Notes under the pieces: model-generated
What the model saw: the letters and a program-made list of their open reading frames with translations, nothing else
Told to the model about the DNA's origin: nothing
The model's database searches: none
Virus record (IMG/VR): IMGVR_UViG_3300035696_000016
Location: 32,001-96,000 of that record
Reading direction: 5' to 3' (one strand)
DNA length: 64,000 bases
Source: a virus
Part shown: positions 9,672-19,578 of the stretch, in pieces
Position numbering within the stretch: position 1 is the first letter of the stretch
Layout of the letters: the number at the start of each line of letters is the position of its first letter
Made by a program: the position numbers and the translations under genes

Positions 9672-10609
9672 ATAATCAATTGAAAATAATGATGTTGCGC
9701 GGAGTCCCAGCATCAGGGAAATCATCATTTTGTCATGAATTGATTAGGAAAGAACCGGGCGTGTGGAAACGCATCAATAATGATAGTTTGCGTGATAGCA
9801 TCGATCTATCCGTGTATTCCGCTGATAACGAAAAAATCATACATTCACTTCGCAATCACATGTTGAAAGAGTTTTTGCGAAAAGGATACAATGTTGTAAT
9901 TGACAATGTCAATGCTGGTTCGCGTCATTTTAAAGAGGTATGTGAGATTGTTTCTAAAATGAATATCGATGCGCAGGTTTTCGAGAAGCATTTTTTCGTG
10001 CCGCTTGACGAATTATTGGAACGAGATAGCAAGCGTGTTGGCAATGCAAAAGTTGGCGAAGATGTTGTGAAGAAGTTTTTTGGAAAACTCGGCGGAAATC
10101 AATTTAAATTTTATAAGCCGCAACATGAAGTATTCTCAAAACGAACAACAGCAGCAGAAGGTCATTGGGCACCTATGCAACAAAATGAAAAACTTCCAAA
10201 ATGCGTTGTGTATGATCTTGATGGAACTATGTGTCTGATATCACATCGAAATCCATACGATGCATCCCGTTGCATTGATGATGCTCCTCATCAGCATGTT
10301 GTCGAATTGTGTAAATTGCATCACGACAATGGACATAAGATATTTTTCTTTTCGGGAAGAGAAGATAAGCATCGTGCGATGACAGAAGAGTGGTTGAATA
10401 CATATTTTGGCTATCCGTATGAGTTATACATGCGGGAAACGGATAATTTTGAAGACGACGTAAAACTGAAAGAAAGACTATTCCATACGCATATAAATGG
10501 AAAGTATAACATTCGGGCTTGGATCGATGATAGAGCGAAGGTATGTAAATGGGTATATGAGAATGCCCTTCCGCTTTTTCGCGTCGGAGATCCGTATAGT
10601 TCATTCTAA
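9668..10609 (+). CDS. pseT: polynucleotide 5'-kinase/3'-phosphatase (T4 PseT-like)
   Basis: Walker A GVPASGKS, AAA_33 kinase domain; HAD DLDGT, SGR, D..K, DDR. Confidence 0.92.
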   Translation: MNNQLKIMMLRGVPASGKSSFCHELIRKEPGVWKRINNDSLRDSIDLSVYSADNEKIIHSLRNHMLKEFLRKGYNVVIDNVNAGSRHFKEVCEIVSKMNIDAQVFEKHFFVPLDELLERDSKRVGNAKVGEDVVKKFFGKLGGNQFKFYKPQHEVFSKRTTAAEGHWAPMQQNEKLPKCVVYDLDGTMCLISHRNPYDASRCIDDAPHQHVVELCKLHHDNGHKIFFFSGREDKHRAMTEEWLNTYFGYPYELYMRETDNFEDDVKLKERLFHTHINGKYNIRAWIDDRAKVCKWVYENALPLFRVGDPYSSF

Positions 10610-10661
10610 AAACTACGCATAAAGATGCATTAGGGTATCCATCTATGAAAAGGAGATCCAG

Positions 10662-11456
10662 ATGCAGATATTTACAAGACAATGTCCAGTATGTAATAAA
10701 ACCATAGAATATACCACGAAACTTGGGCTAATTAATGCACAAGGAAAACCATGTATTAGTTGTCATGATAGAAAAAATAGTATCATATCAATAACAGAAA
10801 TACAATCCTTTAAGGATATGATAGCAAACGGAGCTTTTAAAAAAGATATTGTGAAACACTTCAAAATAACTAATTCTCAATATAAAGTATTGATGTCTAA
10901 ATTAGAATTGAAATCTAATAAAGAAACTTCGATTAAAATAATCGATAAAGATAATAGATTGGCTGAATGTAGTGATTGTAAAGAAGTAAAATCATTAGAT
11001 GAGTTTCCGACCAGAACAAAATCCACAGGATGCACATACTATTTCACATATTGTTATGAATGCACTTATAAAAAAAAATCAGAATATATAAATTCAGATA
11101 TAAATATATTTTTGTCCGAAAGATATTTAAAAATAAAAGGAGCATCCACAAAAAAGAATTATATTTTTAATATAGCAAAAGAAGATTTTGTATCGCAATA
11201 TAAAAGTCAAAATGGAATGTGTTTTTATACTGATTTACCAATGGTATGTTTATGGGGACATGGAAAACAAAGAGATGCAGTTAGTGTAGATAAAATAATA
11301 CCAGAATTAGGATATGTTAAAAACAATGTTGTGTTTTGTTTAAATAGAATCAATATGGCAAAACACGATTTTTCACTTGAAGAAATAAAACTATGGATGC
11401 CAGATTGGCATAGACGAATAATGGTTTTTTTTGAAAAAAATAAAGCAGACAAATAA
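10662..11456 (+). CDS. HNH-type homing endonuclease with Zn fingers
   Basis: CxxC pairs; QNGMCFYT...SVDKIIPELGYVKNNVVFCLNRINMAK. Confidence 0.75.
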   Translation: MQIFTRQCPVCNKTIEYTTKLGLINAQGKPCISCHDRKNSIISITEIQSFKDMIANGAFKKDIVKHFKITNSQYKVLMSKLELKSNKETSIKIIDKDNRLAECSDCKEVKSLDEFPTRTKSTGCTYYFTYCYECTYKKKSEYINSDINIFLSERYLKIKGASTKKNYIFNIAKEDFVSQYKSQNGMCFYTDLPMVCLWGHGKQRDAVSVDKIIPELGYVKNNVVFCLNRINMAKHDFSLEEIKLWMPDWHRRIMVFFEKNKADK

Positions 11457-11461
11457 TATAT

Positions 11462-12016
11462 ATGATATATATAAAAGACCAGGTAAAAGATTTAGTTATA
11501 GAACATTCATACAAAAATAATATTTTTACGGATTGTAAGAATACATTCGTTAATTCGGATGCCATATATACGATAGGTCAATACATCATTGATGTAATTG
11601 AACGGCATGGGTTTTGGGAATCGAGACATAATTTTTCATATCCACTAAAATCAAAACTTGATGCGGTCGTTTCAATAAATGAAGGAAGTTATGCTATGGC
11701 TACTTCGGTAGCAACTATTAGCAATAGTTGGTTTGATGACGAATCAATAAATCATATTGCTATTCATGATAATGATATTACTGGTGAAATCATAGATGAT
11801 ATGTGTGTAATAATATTGTGTGATGTTTTAACAGATGGACAAGATTGTATTAACGCTATCAATTTACTAAAACAAAAAAACGTATATGTTTATAAAGTTA
11901 TATCATTAATTGATAAGGGTTGTGGTGGAGAAACAAATATACGAAAACATTGTAAATTTGAATCTCTTTTAAATATTAAAGATCTCGATAAGCCTACTCA
12001 AAAAGAAATTGATTAA
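11462..12016 (+). CDS. divergent orotate phosphoribosyltransferase paralog
   Basis: FTDCK, PRPP-like motif IILCDVLTDG, collinear with adjacent pyrE but lacks the RK..K.HG loop. Confidence 0.6.
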   Translation: MIYIKDQVKDLVIEHSYKNNIFTDCKNTFVNSDAIYTIGQYIIDVIERHGFWESRHNFSYPLKSKLDAVVSINEGSYAMATSVATISNSWFDDESINHIAIHDNDITGEIIDDMCVIILCDVLTDGQDCINAINLLKQKNVYVYKVISLIDKGCGGETNIRKHCKFESLLNIKDLDKPTQKEID

Positions 12017-12021
12017 ATAAA

Positions 12022-12588
12022 ATGACAACAAAATCATTACTATTAAATCTCCTAAAACAGTATTCCTATCGACAAGGTTCATTCACCCTTGCGTCGGGAC
12101 AACAGAGCAGTTTCTTCCTCGACTGCAAGCCCACATTATTGCAATCGCAAGGACATATACTATCCGCAGAACTCATCTTCGATGAAATCATAAAACTTCG
12201 ACAATACCAAAACATAGGAACGGTTGCAGGAGTTCCACTTGGTGGTTGCAGTCTTGCATCAGCGGTATCTACATATAGCGCAATGCAACGAACAGATATA
12301 ATACATTCACCAGTCAATGCATTGTATATTCGTAAGCAAGCAAAAGACCACGGGACACAACAATTAATTGAAGGCTACGCCGACAACAAGTCAGGTATAG
12401 TTTTACTCGAAGACGTAATCACAAGCGGAGGCTCATCAATTATTGCCCTTGACACATTATATCAAAATGGCTATAATCCAGTAGCAGTTATATGTGTGGT
12501 GGATCGCCTTGCTGGTGGTAAAGAAAATATAGAAAAGAAGTTTCGCATTCCAGTGGTATCGTTGTTTTCGATTGAGGATTTTCAATAA
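12022..12588 (+). CDS. pyrE: orotate phosphoribosyltransferase
   Basis: FTLASGQQSSFFLDCK, IRKQAKDHG, VLLEDVITSGGS, VVDR. Confidence 0.92.
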   Translation: MTTKSLLLNLLKQYSYRQGSFTLASGQQSSFFLDCKPTLLQSQGHILSAELIFDEIIKLRQYQNIGTVAGVPLGGCSLASAVSTYSAMQRTDIIHSPVNALYIRKQAKDHGTQQLIEGYADNKSGIVLLEDVITSGGSSIIALDTLYQNGYNPVAVICVVDRLAGGKENIEKKFRIPVVSLFSIEDFQ

Positions 12589-12878
12589 TGTTCGTTAAGT
12601 CATATAAATCTGATGATGATTGGATTATAGAAGATACGGATTTTATAGAAAAAATAGTGAATCCTCCACCAGTGTCTGGATGGGAACTGATTGTTTGGGT
12701 GTATGAGAAGAAAAATCTTGATGTCGTCAAAAACTTATTACTTGCAATGGATCAATATGATATATTGACTTGTTTTACCCATATGGATATTTTTAATTAT
12801 AGTGATGAACATAAAGAATATTATTCTAAATACCTTAAATATAAAGACGAAGTTGCAAAATACTTGATGTTAGTTTGA
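12588..12878 (+). CDS. accessory protein, paralog family B, C-terminal tag (AKYLMLV)
   Basis: IEDTDF...SGWE.IVWVYEKKNLDVVKNL. Confidence 0.65.
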   Translation: MFVKSYKSDDDWIIEDTDFIEKIVNPPPVSGWELIVWVYEKKNLDVVKNLLLAMDQYDILTCFTHMDIFNYSDEHKEYYSKYLKYKDEVAKYLMLV

Positions 12879-12887
12879 GGATCAATA

Positions 12888-13220
12888 ATGTTTATTCGTA
12901 GTAGCAGCGCCTATAAAGGTAATACATTATTCTTCACAATAGAAGATTCAGATTTTACTGAAACAATAGAAATGGAAAACTTAAAGCATTCTGGATGGGA
13001 AGCAATTATCAGAGTATATGAGCAAAGAAACCTAAATGTTGCCAAAAATCTAATGCGCGCCATGGTGGCTCCATTTTATGGAAATAATAACAGTTCTTAT
13101 ACAGATATTTATTTAATTATAAATGCTATAAATGCTATAAATCATAAAGATATGATAGAATATAATCCGAGTTTTCATAAGTATGCTGATGAAATTAAAA
13201 AATATCTATTGCTAATATGA
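12888..13220 (+). CDS. accessory protein, paralog family B, C-terminal tag (KKYLLLI)
   Basis: IEDSDF...SGWEAIIRVYEQRNLNVAKNL; tandem paralog of 12588. Confidence 0.65.
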   Translation: MFIRSSSAYKGNTLFFTIEDSDFTETIEMENLKHSGWEAIIRVYEQRNLNVAKNLMRAMVAPFYGNNNSSYTDIYLIINAINAINHKDMIEYNPSFHKYADEIKKYLLLI

Positions 13221-13630
13221 ATAAATTAGAACAATATAAAAATATAATTAAATATGATACATGCCCCGTATGTGGTAATAAAGATATGATGTATGAGAAG
13301 ATGGGCGATAATCCCAATGTCGCGCGTCCAAAAGAATATCCATTCGAACTTAGTATAGCATGCTATATTGATAAAGATATTACTAATTACAGCCATTATT
13401 TTCAAAATATAGATAATGAAAATCATACCTATTGGAACTTACGATATAAACATAATGGATACGTTTATGAGATAACCAATTCCTACAAGAACGGATTAAT
13501 ACGTTCATATTTTTATTTTTCTGAAACGGGGCATAAAGTTGATTGGGTTTATAGTCCGGGTAAAGATTTTAGCAATCTATCAAAAGAAGAAGTAATCAAA
13601 TTAATTGATAAGGCGGTATTATTGAAATGA
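13217..13630 (+). CDS. Zn-ribbon accessory protein, C-terminal tag (DKAVLLK)
   Basis: CPVCG; tag. Confidence 0.6.
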   Translation: MNKLEQYKNIIKYDTCPVCGNKDMMYEKMGDNPNVARPKEYPFELSIACYIDKDITNYSHYFQNIDNENHTYWNLRYKHNGYVYEITNSYKNGLIRSYFYFSETGHKVDWVYSPGKDFSNLSKEEVIKLIDKAVLLK

Positions 13631-14457
13631 GAAAGATTATTGTTGGAACAATTTTGGGTTCGGCGTTGTTAGTTGCGTTTCTTAGCGGGAAAGAAACTGC
13701 GATTGCGGAAGAATGTCATCGCAGCGATAGTTGTGATGTGAAAACACAAAAGATTGATGAGAAGAAATGTCCTGATGATATGCAATTTATTGAGGGAGAT
13801 TTTTGCCCCAATGTTGAAGAAATATGTTTATACGGAGTAGATGCATACGGGAAACGTATTCCTGGCCCGTATAAATCGGGTTCTTGCGGAGAATACAAAT
13901 ATCCAACACGTTGTCTATCCACAACAAAGATTCATAAAAGATTTTGCATTGACCGTTTTGAGTTTCCGAATAAGGAAGGTGTTGTTCCTCGTGATTGGAT
14001 GACTTGGTATGAAGCACGAGATGAGGCTGCAAAAATTGGAAAACGATTATGCACAGATAGTGAATGGACGTTTGCAGCAGAAGGTCAGGAAATGCGTCCG
14101 CTTCCATATGGAGACGGCTATCATAGGAATAGCGGTCTATGCAATATTGACAGACATGAAAAAATAGATGTCTTTCACGCGAAAACTCCACATTCACCTG
14201 CATCCGAAATGCTACGAAGCCTCCTTGTTCCAAGCGGATCAATGCCATTATGTGTTAGTAGCACAGGAGTTCATGATATGGCTGGAAACATAGATGAGTT
14301 TGTAATTAATGAAAGCGGAAAACCATATGTTTCAGCATTGAAAGGCGGTCATATATGGCATGTAAGACAGGCATCGAGACCAAGCACACTTGCCCATGGG
14401 CCTAATTTTGCATGGTATGAAACAGGAACTCGTTTTTGCCAAGATGCACTAAAATAA
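13627..14457 (+). CDS. secreted SUMF1/FGE-sulfatase-domain protein
   Basis: Signal peptide; FCIDRFEFPN, GKRLCTDSEWTFAAEG, GVHDMAGNIDE, GTRFC. Confidence 0.85.
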   Translation: MRKIIVGTILGSALLVAFLSGKETAIAEECHRSDSCDVKTQKIDEKKCPDDMQFIEGDFCPNVEEICLYGVDAYGKRIPGPYKSGSCGEYKYPTRCLSTTKIHKRFCIDRFEFPNKEGVVPRDWMTWYEARDEAAKIGKRLCTDSEWTFAAEGQEMRPLPYGDGYHRNSGLCNIDRHEKIDVFHAKTPHSPASEMLRSLLVPSGSMPLCVSSTGVHDMAGNIDEFVINESGKPYVSALKGGHIWHVRQASRPSTLAHGPNFAWYETGTRFCQDALK

Positions 14458-14460
14458 TTT

Positions 14461-14844
14461 ATGAATCTAATCTATCCTAAATGCATTATATGCGACGATA
14501 AATGGGACGATGATCCCCGTGATATATTATGGGAAAATGAAAGTTTAGATCTATTTTGTTCAAATAACCACGACACAATATGGTATTCCCAAAGTAAAGA
14601 TGGTGAATGCAGTTTTGATAGGAACATCCACAATCTATGCGGACATGAGTTCTTGCTTCGATATAATTGTAATTGCGTAATAGATGCTTGTCGTAATAAA
14701 AATGTAATCTATAATTACTCACACACGCGAAACCATGGATGGCATCCAGATAAAATAATAAAAATATTCGATCCTCCATTGCCATTAAATGTATCTCACG
14801 AAGATTTATGGAATAAAATTGAGCACCTATTGGTATTACTATAA
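14461..14844 (+). CDS. Cys-rich accessory protein, C-terminal tag (EHLLVLL)
   Basis: CIIC; tag. Confidence 0.6.
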   Translation: MNLIYPKCIICDDKWDDDPRDILWENESLDLFCSNNHDTIWYSQSKDGECSFDRNIHNLCGHEFLLRYNCNCVIDACRNKNVIYNYSHTRNHGWHPDKIIKIFDPPLPLNVSHEDLWNKIEHLLVLL

Positions 14845-15087
14845 ATGATAGCGTTAGTATCACTTGCAGTCATAGGATATATCCTATATGTTCTTTTCGT
14901 CAAAGGAGCGTTTTGGGGAATTGCCGTTTTGGTAGGGGGAATATATGGAATACGATTAGGCTTGCTAACATTAGTTCCCGAAAGTCAAAATTCAATAATG
15001 ACATTCCTATCCTACGATGTTAGTTATGCTGCATTTTTTGCAACGATAATAACAATACTTGGATTAGCATATTTTGCGAAAGATTAA
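14845..15087 (+). CDS. multi-pass membrane protein
   Basis: Three hydrophobic segments. Confidence 0.6.
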   Translation: MIALVSLAVIGYILYVLFVKGAFWGIAVLVGGIYGIRLGLLTLVPESQNSIMTFLSYDVSYAAFFATIITILGLAYFAKD

Positions 15088-15089
15088 AA

Positions 15090-15287
15090 ATGAGTGAGAT
15101 ATTACATTACTTGCGCTTAAACGCAACACAACATAATTTTTCAAATAAAATAAGAATACTTAATTCGGTCAAAGACTTAAAACAGTTATTCATACAAAAT
15201 TGTAATGACCCTATATTTATTGATGTTTTAAAAAATAATTTTCCGATATATTACGAAATCCTCGAACCGCTAATCTTATTAAAATAG
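15090..15287 (+). CDS. accessory protein, C-terminal tag (EPLILLK)
   Basis: FPxY pre-tag motif shared with 15401 and 20295. Confidence 0.55.
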   Translation: MSEILHYLRLNATQHNFSNKIRILNSVKDLKQLFIQNCNDPIFIDVLKNNFPIYYEILEPLILLK

Positions 15288-15400
15288 GAAAACATAGGAT
15301 AATGAATGAGACATCATGATGGTGATATAACAAAAGACCAATTAATTGAAATGTTTGCAATTATATGTATCGTATTTTTTGTTGTTGAAGTATTTATTAA

Positions 15401-15658
15401 ATGAGTTTTGTAAATTGTTCAATGTTTGATATTGAAAAATGTTGGATGTGTTGTCGCGAAGATTCCAGTATTACTGGAAGTTGTTCGATTAATTATTTTT
15501 ACCGTCGTATTAAGTATATAGAAAATGTAAAAGATTTTATAGTTCGTGTATTTAATGCTAAATCGTCCAAGGACAAATCTATATATTTACAAAAATCAAT
15601 AGAATATCATTTTCCACAATATATAAAGTTATATAACACGATATCGCTATTATACTAA
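15401..15658 (+). CDS. Cys-rich accessory protein, C-terminal tag (NTISLLY)
   Basis: HFPQYIKLY before the tag. Confidence 0.55.
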   Translation: MSFVNCSMFDIEKCWMCCREDSSITGSCSINYFYRRIKYIENVKDFIVRVFNAKSSKDKSIYLQKSIEYHFPQYIKLYNTISLLY

Positions 15659-15676
15659 TTTTCCAACATTTACTAT

Positions 15677-16375
15677 GTGGAAAATATTTACCTTTCTGCT
15701 ATCCATAATGTAGTTAAAATTGAAAATAAAAAAGAGCGTTTAGAACAAGTAAAAGAATTAGAAGATTACATATTCGAGACTAAAAACACATATATGGCGT
15801 TGCGACTTGCATATGAATTAGAGTTCATTGGGGTCAGGACTACGCGAATAGAAAATTATATATGTAAAACTGGTAATGGGCGTTTGATTTACCGTTTTGC
15901 TTCTAATATAGAAAAATCAAATATTCAAAAACTCCAAAATGCGATCATTGAATCGAATGATTTTGAAGAAATGGCGCGTTTTGCTTGTTTTGTTAATGGA
16001 GCAGATAAGAATAAAATAGGCGATATCATTGCTCAATCAAACAACATTAAAGCACAATACTTATACATGTGCTTCGTTAAGACATACCCATATATTAATT
16101 TTAGAGAAAGTGTATTAAAATCAAAACGACCACGGTATATTTTTCAATACGCAAAAGTATCAAAAAATGAAAAAGATTTAGAAATAATTCAGGAATTAAT
16201 TTTGAATAGTAAAAGTCTTATGTATTGTAGATTATTTTGCAAAATGTTTCCAAAAATGGATATAAAACGATTCGAGGACAAAGTCTTACGAAGTAAGAAC
16301 GCAAGAGAAATTAGATTATTCGCCAATGAGATTCCGTCAGCAGAACGAGCCAGAACGATGATGTTGTTATTCTAA
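15677..16375 (+). CDS. alpha-helical repeat protein (~35-aa repeats), C-terminal tag variant (RTMMLLF)
   Basis: Repeating IYRFA..IEKSNIQKLQNAII.S / MARFA..V.GAD..KI..II..S units. Confidence 0.65.
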   Translation: MENIYLSAIHNVVKIENKKERLEQVKELEDYIFETKNTYMALRLAYELEFIGVRTTRIENYICKTGNGRLIYRFASNIEKSNIQKLQNAIIESNDFEEMARFACFVNGADKNKIGDIIAQSNNIKAQYLYMCFVKTYPYINFRESVLKSKRPRYIFQYAKVSKNEKDLEIIQELILNSKSLMYCRLFCKMFPKMDIKRFEDKVLRSKNAREIRLFANEIPSAERARTMMLLF

Positions 16376-17088
16376 AATAAATGAAATATATCGCTTGAAC
16401 ATGAAGGAGATGTGTCGCAAGGATTTAATAGTTCAGGATCACAATTATACAGATAACAAAAATATTTTAGATCTATCAATGTAATACATGATGAAGCAAA
16501 GTCCGCGCCCGGTGCCATGATAGAATAATCACGCAAGTGCATCATTTTTAAGTTATGAGCATACTCGTGTTCTACAATAGTTTTATATTCTTCGATACTA
16601 TCAATTCTTCCATTAACAATATATATTGTTTTTATATCTTGGTTAGTTTCATTGTCTATATCGGCATATCCTGCAATAGGTGCTTGTAATAAATCATCCG
16701 TTCGTTGAATTAATGGATCGGTTCCTTGTGCTGGCTTAATTCTTATTATATTAAACAACGTGTTTGGGTTTAATCTTATTTTTATATTGGGATAATACCC
16801 CACCTCATAGGTTATATTAACAATACCTTTCGTAGCATATACCCATTGATCTAACGCATCTTTTATTGTATCTACTTCTATTTTACTAAATGTTGGATCT
16901 ATTAATACGATAGATTTTATATAGATAGGTTCATTAGATTGTGTTGTTAGTAATGTTTCATTGTGTTCAATAATTGGTTGCGGTGTATCGTTTGATAAAG
17001 TTTTTGGAATAAACGATCGTATCGTATAAATTGTTGTAAATATAAAAACTAATAGTAGTAAAAGTCTAAAAAAATAATATATTTTCAT
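16372..17088 (-). CDS. matrixin/M10-like zinc metalloprotease, membrane-anchored
   Basis: HEYAHNLKMMH plus SIM Met-turn; N-terminal TM. Confidence 0.75.
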   Translation of the reverse strand: MKIYYFFRLLLLLVFIFTTIYTIRSFIPKTLSNDTPQPIIEHNETLLTTQSNEPIYIKSIVLIDPTFSKIEVDTIKDALDQWVYATKGIVNITYEVGYYPNIKIRLNPNTLFNIIRIKPAQGTDPLIQRTDDLLQAPIAGYADIDNETNQDIKTIYIVNGRIDSIEEYKTIVEHEYAHNLKMMHLRDYSIMAPGADFASSCITLIDLKYFCYLYNCDPELLNPCDTSPSCSSDIFHLF

Positions 17089-17705
17089 TTAATATTACAT
17101 ACCTTCATATCACTATAATTAAATCTATAAATAGAACAGACATTTTTTATATCTAATTCAGTAATTTTATTAGAGCCTATGTCAGTAAATCTATACATAA
17201 CACTATTCTTGTCATCAGAATGACCTAATCCCAAAAAATGTCCGATCTCATGAATCGAGATTGTCCAAATATCATCAGTTCCTATTCTATCCATCCTTAA
17301 TAATATAACGCTCGGATGTTTAGTTCCAATTAAAAATAACCCAACAACAAACCTATCCGTTCTATCATCGCCTTGTTCAAGTTTTTTGTCAGCCTCAATT
17401 ATATGTTCGTTTTTAGAATCAACCTTCCATATGAATAAATCTTTTTTGTCAGCGGCTTCGAAATATTCATAATGAGTATCATAATGTATCTTAAATCTTA
17501 TTTTGTAATTTAAAGAACATTCCCAAGATTTTAATGCATTAGTTATACTGGTTTCTTCTGGTTCAGAGAAACGGTAATCTATATAAACGTTTGTTTGGAC
17601 TGATTCACCGCCAGAAGATAATACTGGAAATAATAACGGTGTGGGTTTAGTGCATCCTACAAGAATAAGAAATATTACAATAATAAATGCGAGAAGTTTC
17701 CTCAC
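17085..17705 (-). CDS. matrixin/M10-like zinc metalloprotease, predicted lipoprotein
   Basis: HEIGHFLGLGHS..SVM; lipobox-like LVGC. Confidence 0.85.
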   Translation of the reverse strand: MRKLLAFIIVIFLILVGCTKPTPLLFPVLSSGGESVQTNVYIDYRFSEPEETSITNALKSWECSLNYKIRFKIHYDTHYEYFEAADKKDLFIWKVDSKNEHIIEADKKLEQGDDRTDRFVVGLFLIGTKHPSVILLRMDRIGTDDIWTISIHEIGHFLGLGHSDDKNSVMYRFTDIGSNKITELDIKNVCSIYRFNYSDMKVCNIK

Positions 17706-17738
17706 AAAGATATATGTATAAATTAGTATATATGGACT

Positions 17739-18608
17739 ATGAGCGATTTTAATAAATTAGCAGAAAAGTTTGAATATTGGTGTGATCAGCCATTAGAAGT
17801 TATTGCGAAAGCGGTAAAGGAAAAAAAGAAAAGTAAAAACCTAAAACCCTCCGCAAAATCCCGTCATAGAGGGACAGTTGCAGTAGATGTCAATCATCCC
17901 AAAAATAAATCAAATGTTCAGCATTTTCCGGTCAATTCAGAAGCGCAGGGAGCAAATGCGATAGCGCGCGTGCATCAATATAGTTCAGCGCCTGAATGGT
18001 GGTCAGGAAGCCTTAAAGAGTTGCAAAATACAGTGGTTAGAAAAGTTCATAGTGAATATCCGGGCATCAAAATAAAAGATTTAGAAAAGAAGAAAAAGAA
18101 ATCATCATTAGAAATACTGCTCGAAAAATATGCAGACAACGAAGACGCATTCGTAAAATGTCCCGTATGCAAAGATAATCGTTTAGCATCATCCCCCGCT
18201 CATGCAAAGGTTCATGCAAGACAATGTGCTAAAAAACATAATGTTGATGCATCTAAATATAAGTCATTCATTGAAGAGGCAGAAGCAAAATCAAAACATA
18301 AAAAATCAGCAGATGAATCGATATCATTAACCAAGACCGCTAATCCACAAGCGTTTTCAGCCATCGTAAGTCAATACGAAGGTAGCGCGGATTGTGTTAG
18401 AGATTTTGCTCATGCAATGAAACTATCAGCAGAACAGTTTGCTCGTGAAAGCGATTTAAATAATCCAAAAGATCGCCGTATTTATGATATTCTATTGAAA
18501 GCAGCAAATGTTGTTTTTGAAACAGTTCCAGAATTGGAAGCATTAGACCAAGAGATGGAAAAAACTTGGAACGCACCAGATCAGGCACAGGGCGAAGGAG
18601 AAATTTAA
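17739..18608 (+). CDS. hypothetical protein with C2H2-like Zn finger, possibly virion-associated
   Basis: CPVC...H...C..H; K-x-A/S motifs at apparent domain borders. Confidence 0.6.
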   Translation: MSDFNKLAEKFEYWCDQPLEVIAKAVKEKKKSKNLKPSAKSRHRGTVAVDVNHPKNKSNVQHFPVNSEAQGANAIARVHQYSSAPEWWSGSLKELQNTVVRKVHSEYPGIKIKDLEKKKKKSSLEILLEKYADNEDAFVKCPVCKDNRLASSPAHAKVHARQCAKKHNVDASKYKSFIEEAEAKSKHKKSADESISLTKTANPQAFSAIVSQYEGSADCVRDFAHAMKLSAEQFARESDLNNPKDRRIYDILLKAANVVFETVPELEALDQEMEKTWNAPDQAQGEGEI

Positions 18609-18655
18609 TTTACGCACCTTACGCTAAAAACATTAGTAATTAAATTGGTGATGTT

Positions 18656-19288
18656 ATGAAGTATCCACGCACCTTTCACCTAACATTTTCACATTGTTCC
18701 AATGATGATAAAATCTTGGATGATAACTCCTATTTTTTAAATAGAGAAATAATTATCAGTAGCAAGTTAGACGGATCATCAGTTGCATTGTCTAATGGTG
18801 ATGTATTCGCTCGTTCTCATGCACAAGTCCCAACGCATCCAAGTTTCAATTTACTAAAACAAATACATAGTGAATTAAGACATAGTATTCATCCAAATTT
18901 AATCATATATGCCGAATGGTTATATGCACGACATACAAATAAATACACACAATTACCATCATACCTACAAGTATTCAATATTCTCGATAAAAACTCACAT
19001 ACATTCCTATCTTGGATAGATGTGGAATTAGTGTGTGATATATTAAATATTAATACAGTTCCGGTTCTTTTTAGTGGCATAGTGAAGACAGAAAAAGAAT
19101 TAGAAAAATTAGTTCTTTCATTAGCGAAAGAAAAAGAGTTTGATATAGACGAACGCGAGGGCGTTGTTGTTAGGGATGCGAGATTTTTTCAGCAAGATGA
19201 GTTTCCAAAATCAGTCGCAAAATATGTCAAAAAATCTTTTACAGAAAGCATTGGCGACGAACATTGGAAACATAAAAATATGTCATGA
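18656..19288 (+). CDS. ATP-dependent RNA ligase (PF09414-like)
   Basis: KYPRTFHL, motif I KLDGS, YAEW, EGVVV, AKYV. Confidence 0.88.
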   Translation: MKYPRTFHLTFSHCSNDDKILDDNSYFLNREIIISSKLDGSSVALSNGDVFARSHAQVPTHPSFNLLKQIHSELRHSIHPNLIIYAEWLYARHTNKYTQLPSYLQVFNILDKNSHTFLSWIDVELVCDILNINTVPVLFSGIVKTEKELEKLVLSLAKEKEFDIDEREGVVVRDARFFQQDEFPKSVAKYVKKSFTESIGDEHWKHKNMS

Positions 19289-19578
19289 AAAAAGAGGATA
19301 TAGAAAAATTACAATTATTGGCAAATGATAACTATCATTTTCTAACGATCTTATTAAATAAGATAATAAAAGAAGAAGTAAAAAATCACAATATGGGCGA
19401 GCCATACGAGTATTGGCTCCATAATAATTATTATGAAGACACAGATGGTGTTAGGTCGGCTTGTAGAAAATGTAGTTATATTATTGATGTTGAGTGTAGC
19501 CGTAATACTAATTACAAAAACGTATTAATAGAACATATCAATGTTGGAACAATACGTTTTTGTAAGGCTAATATATGA
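19285..19578 (+). CDS. Zn-binding hypothetical protein, paralog of 19575
   Basis: DIEKL..LAN...H; CRKC. Confidence 0.6.
   Translation: MKKEDIEKLQLLANDNYHFLTILLNKIIKEEVKNHNMGEPYEYWLHNNYYEDTDGVRSACRKCSYIIDVECSRNTNYKNVLIEHINVGTIRFCKANI

Noticed and set aside
13120-13143. 9-bp tandem repeat encoding INAINAIN
   Set aside because: Simple in-frame slippage duplication with no further structure
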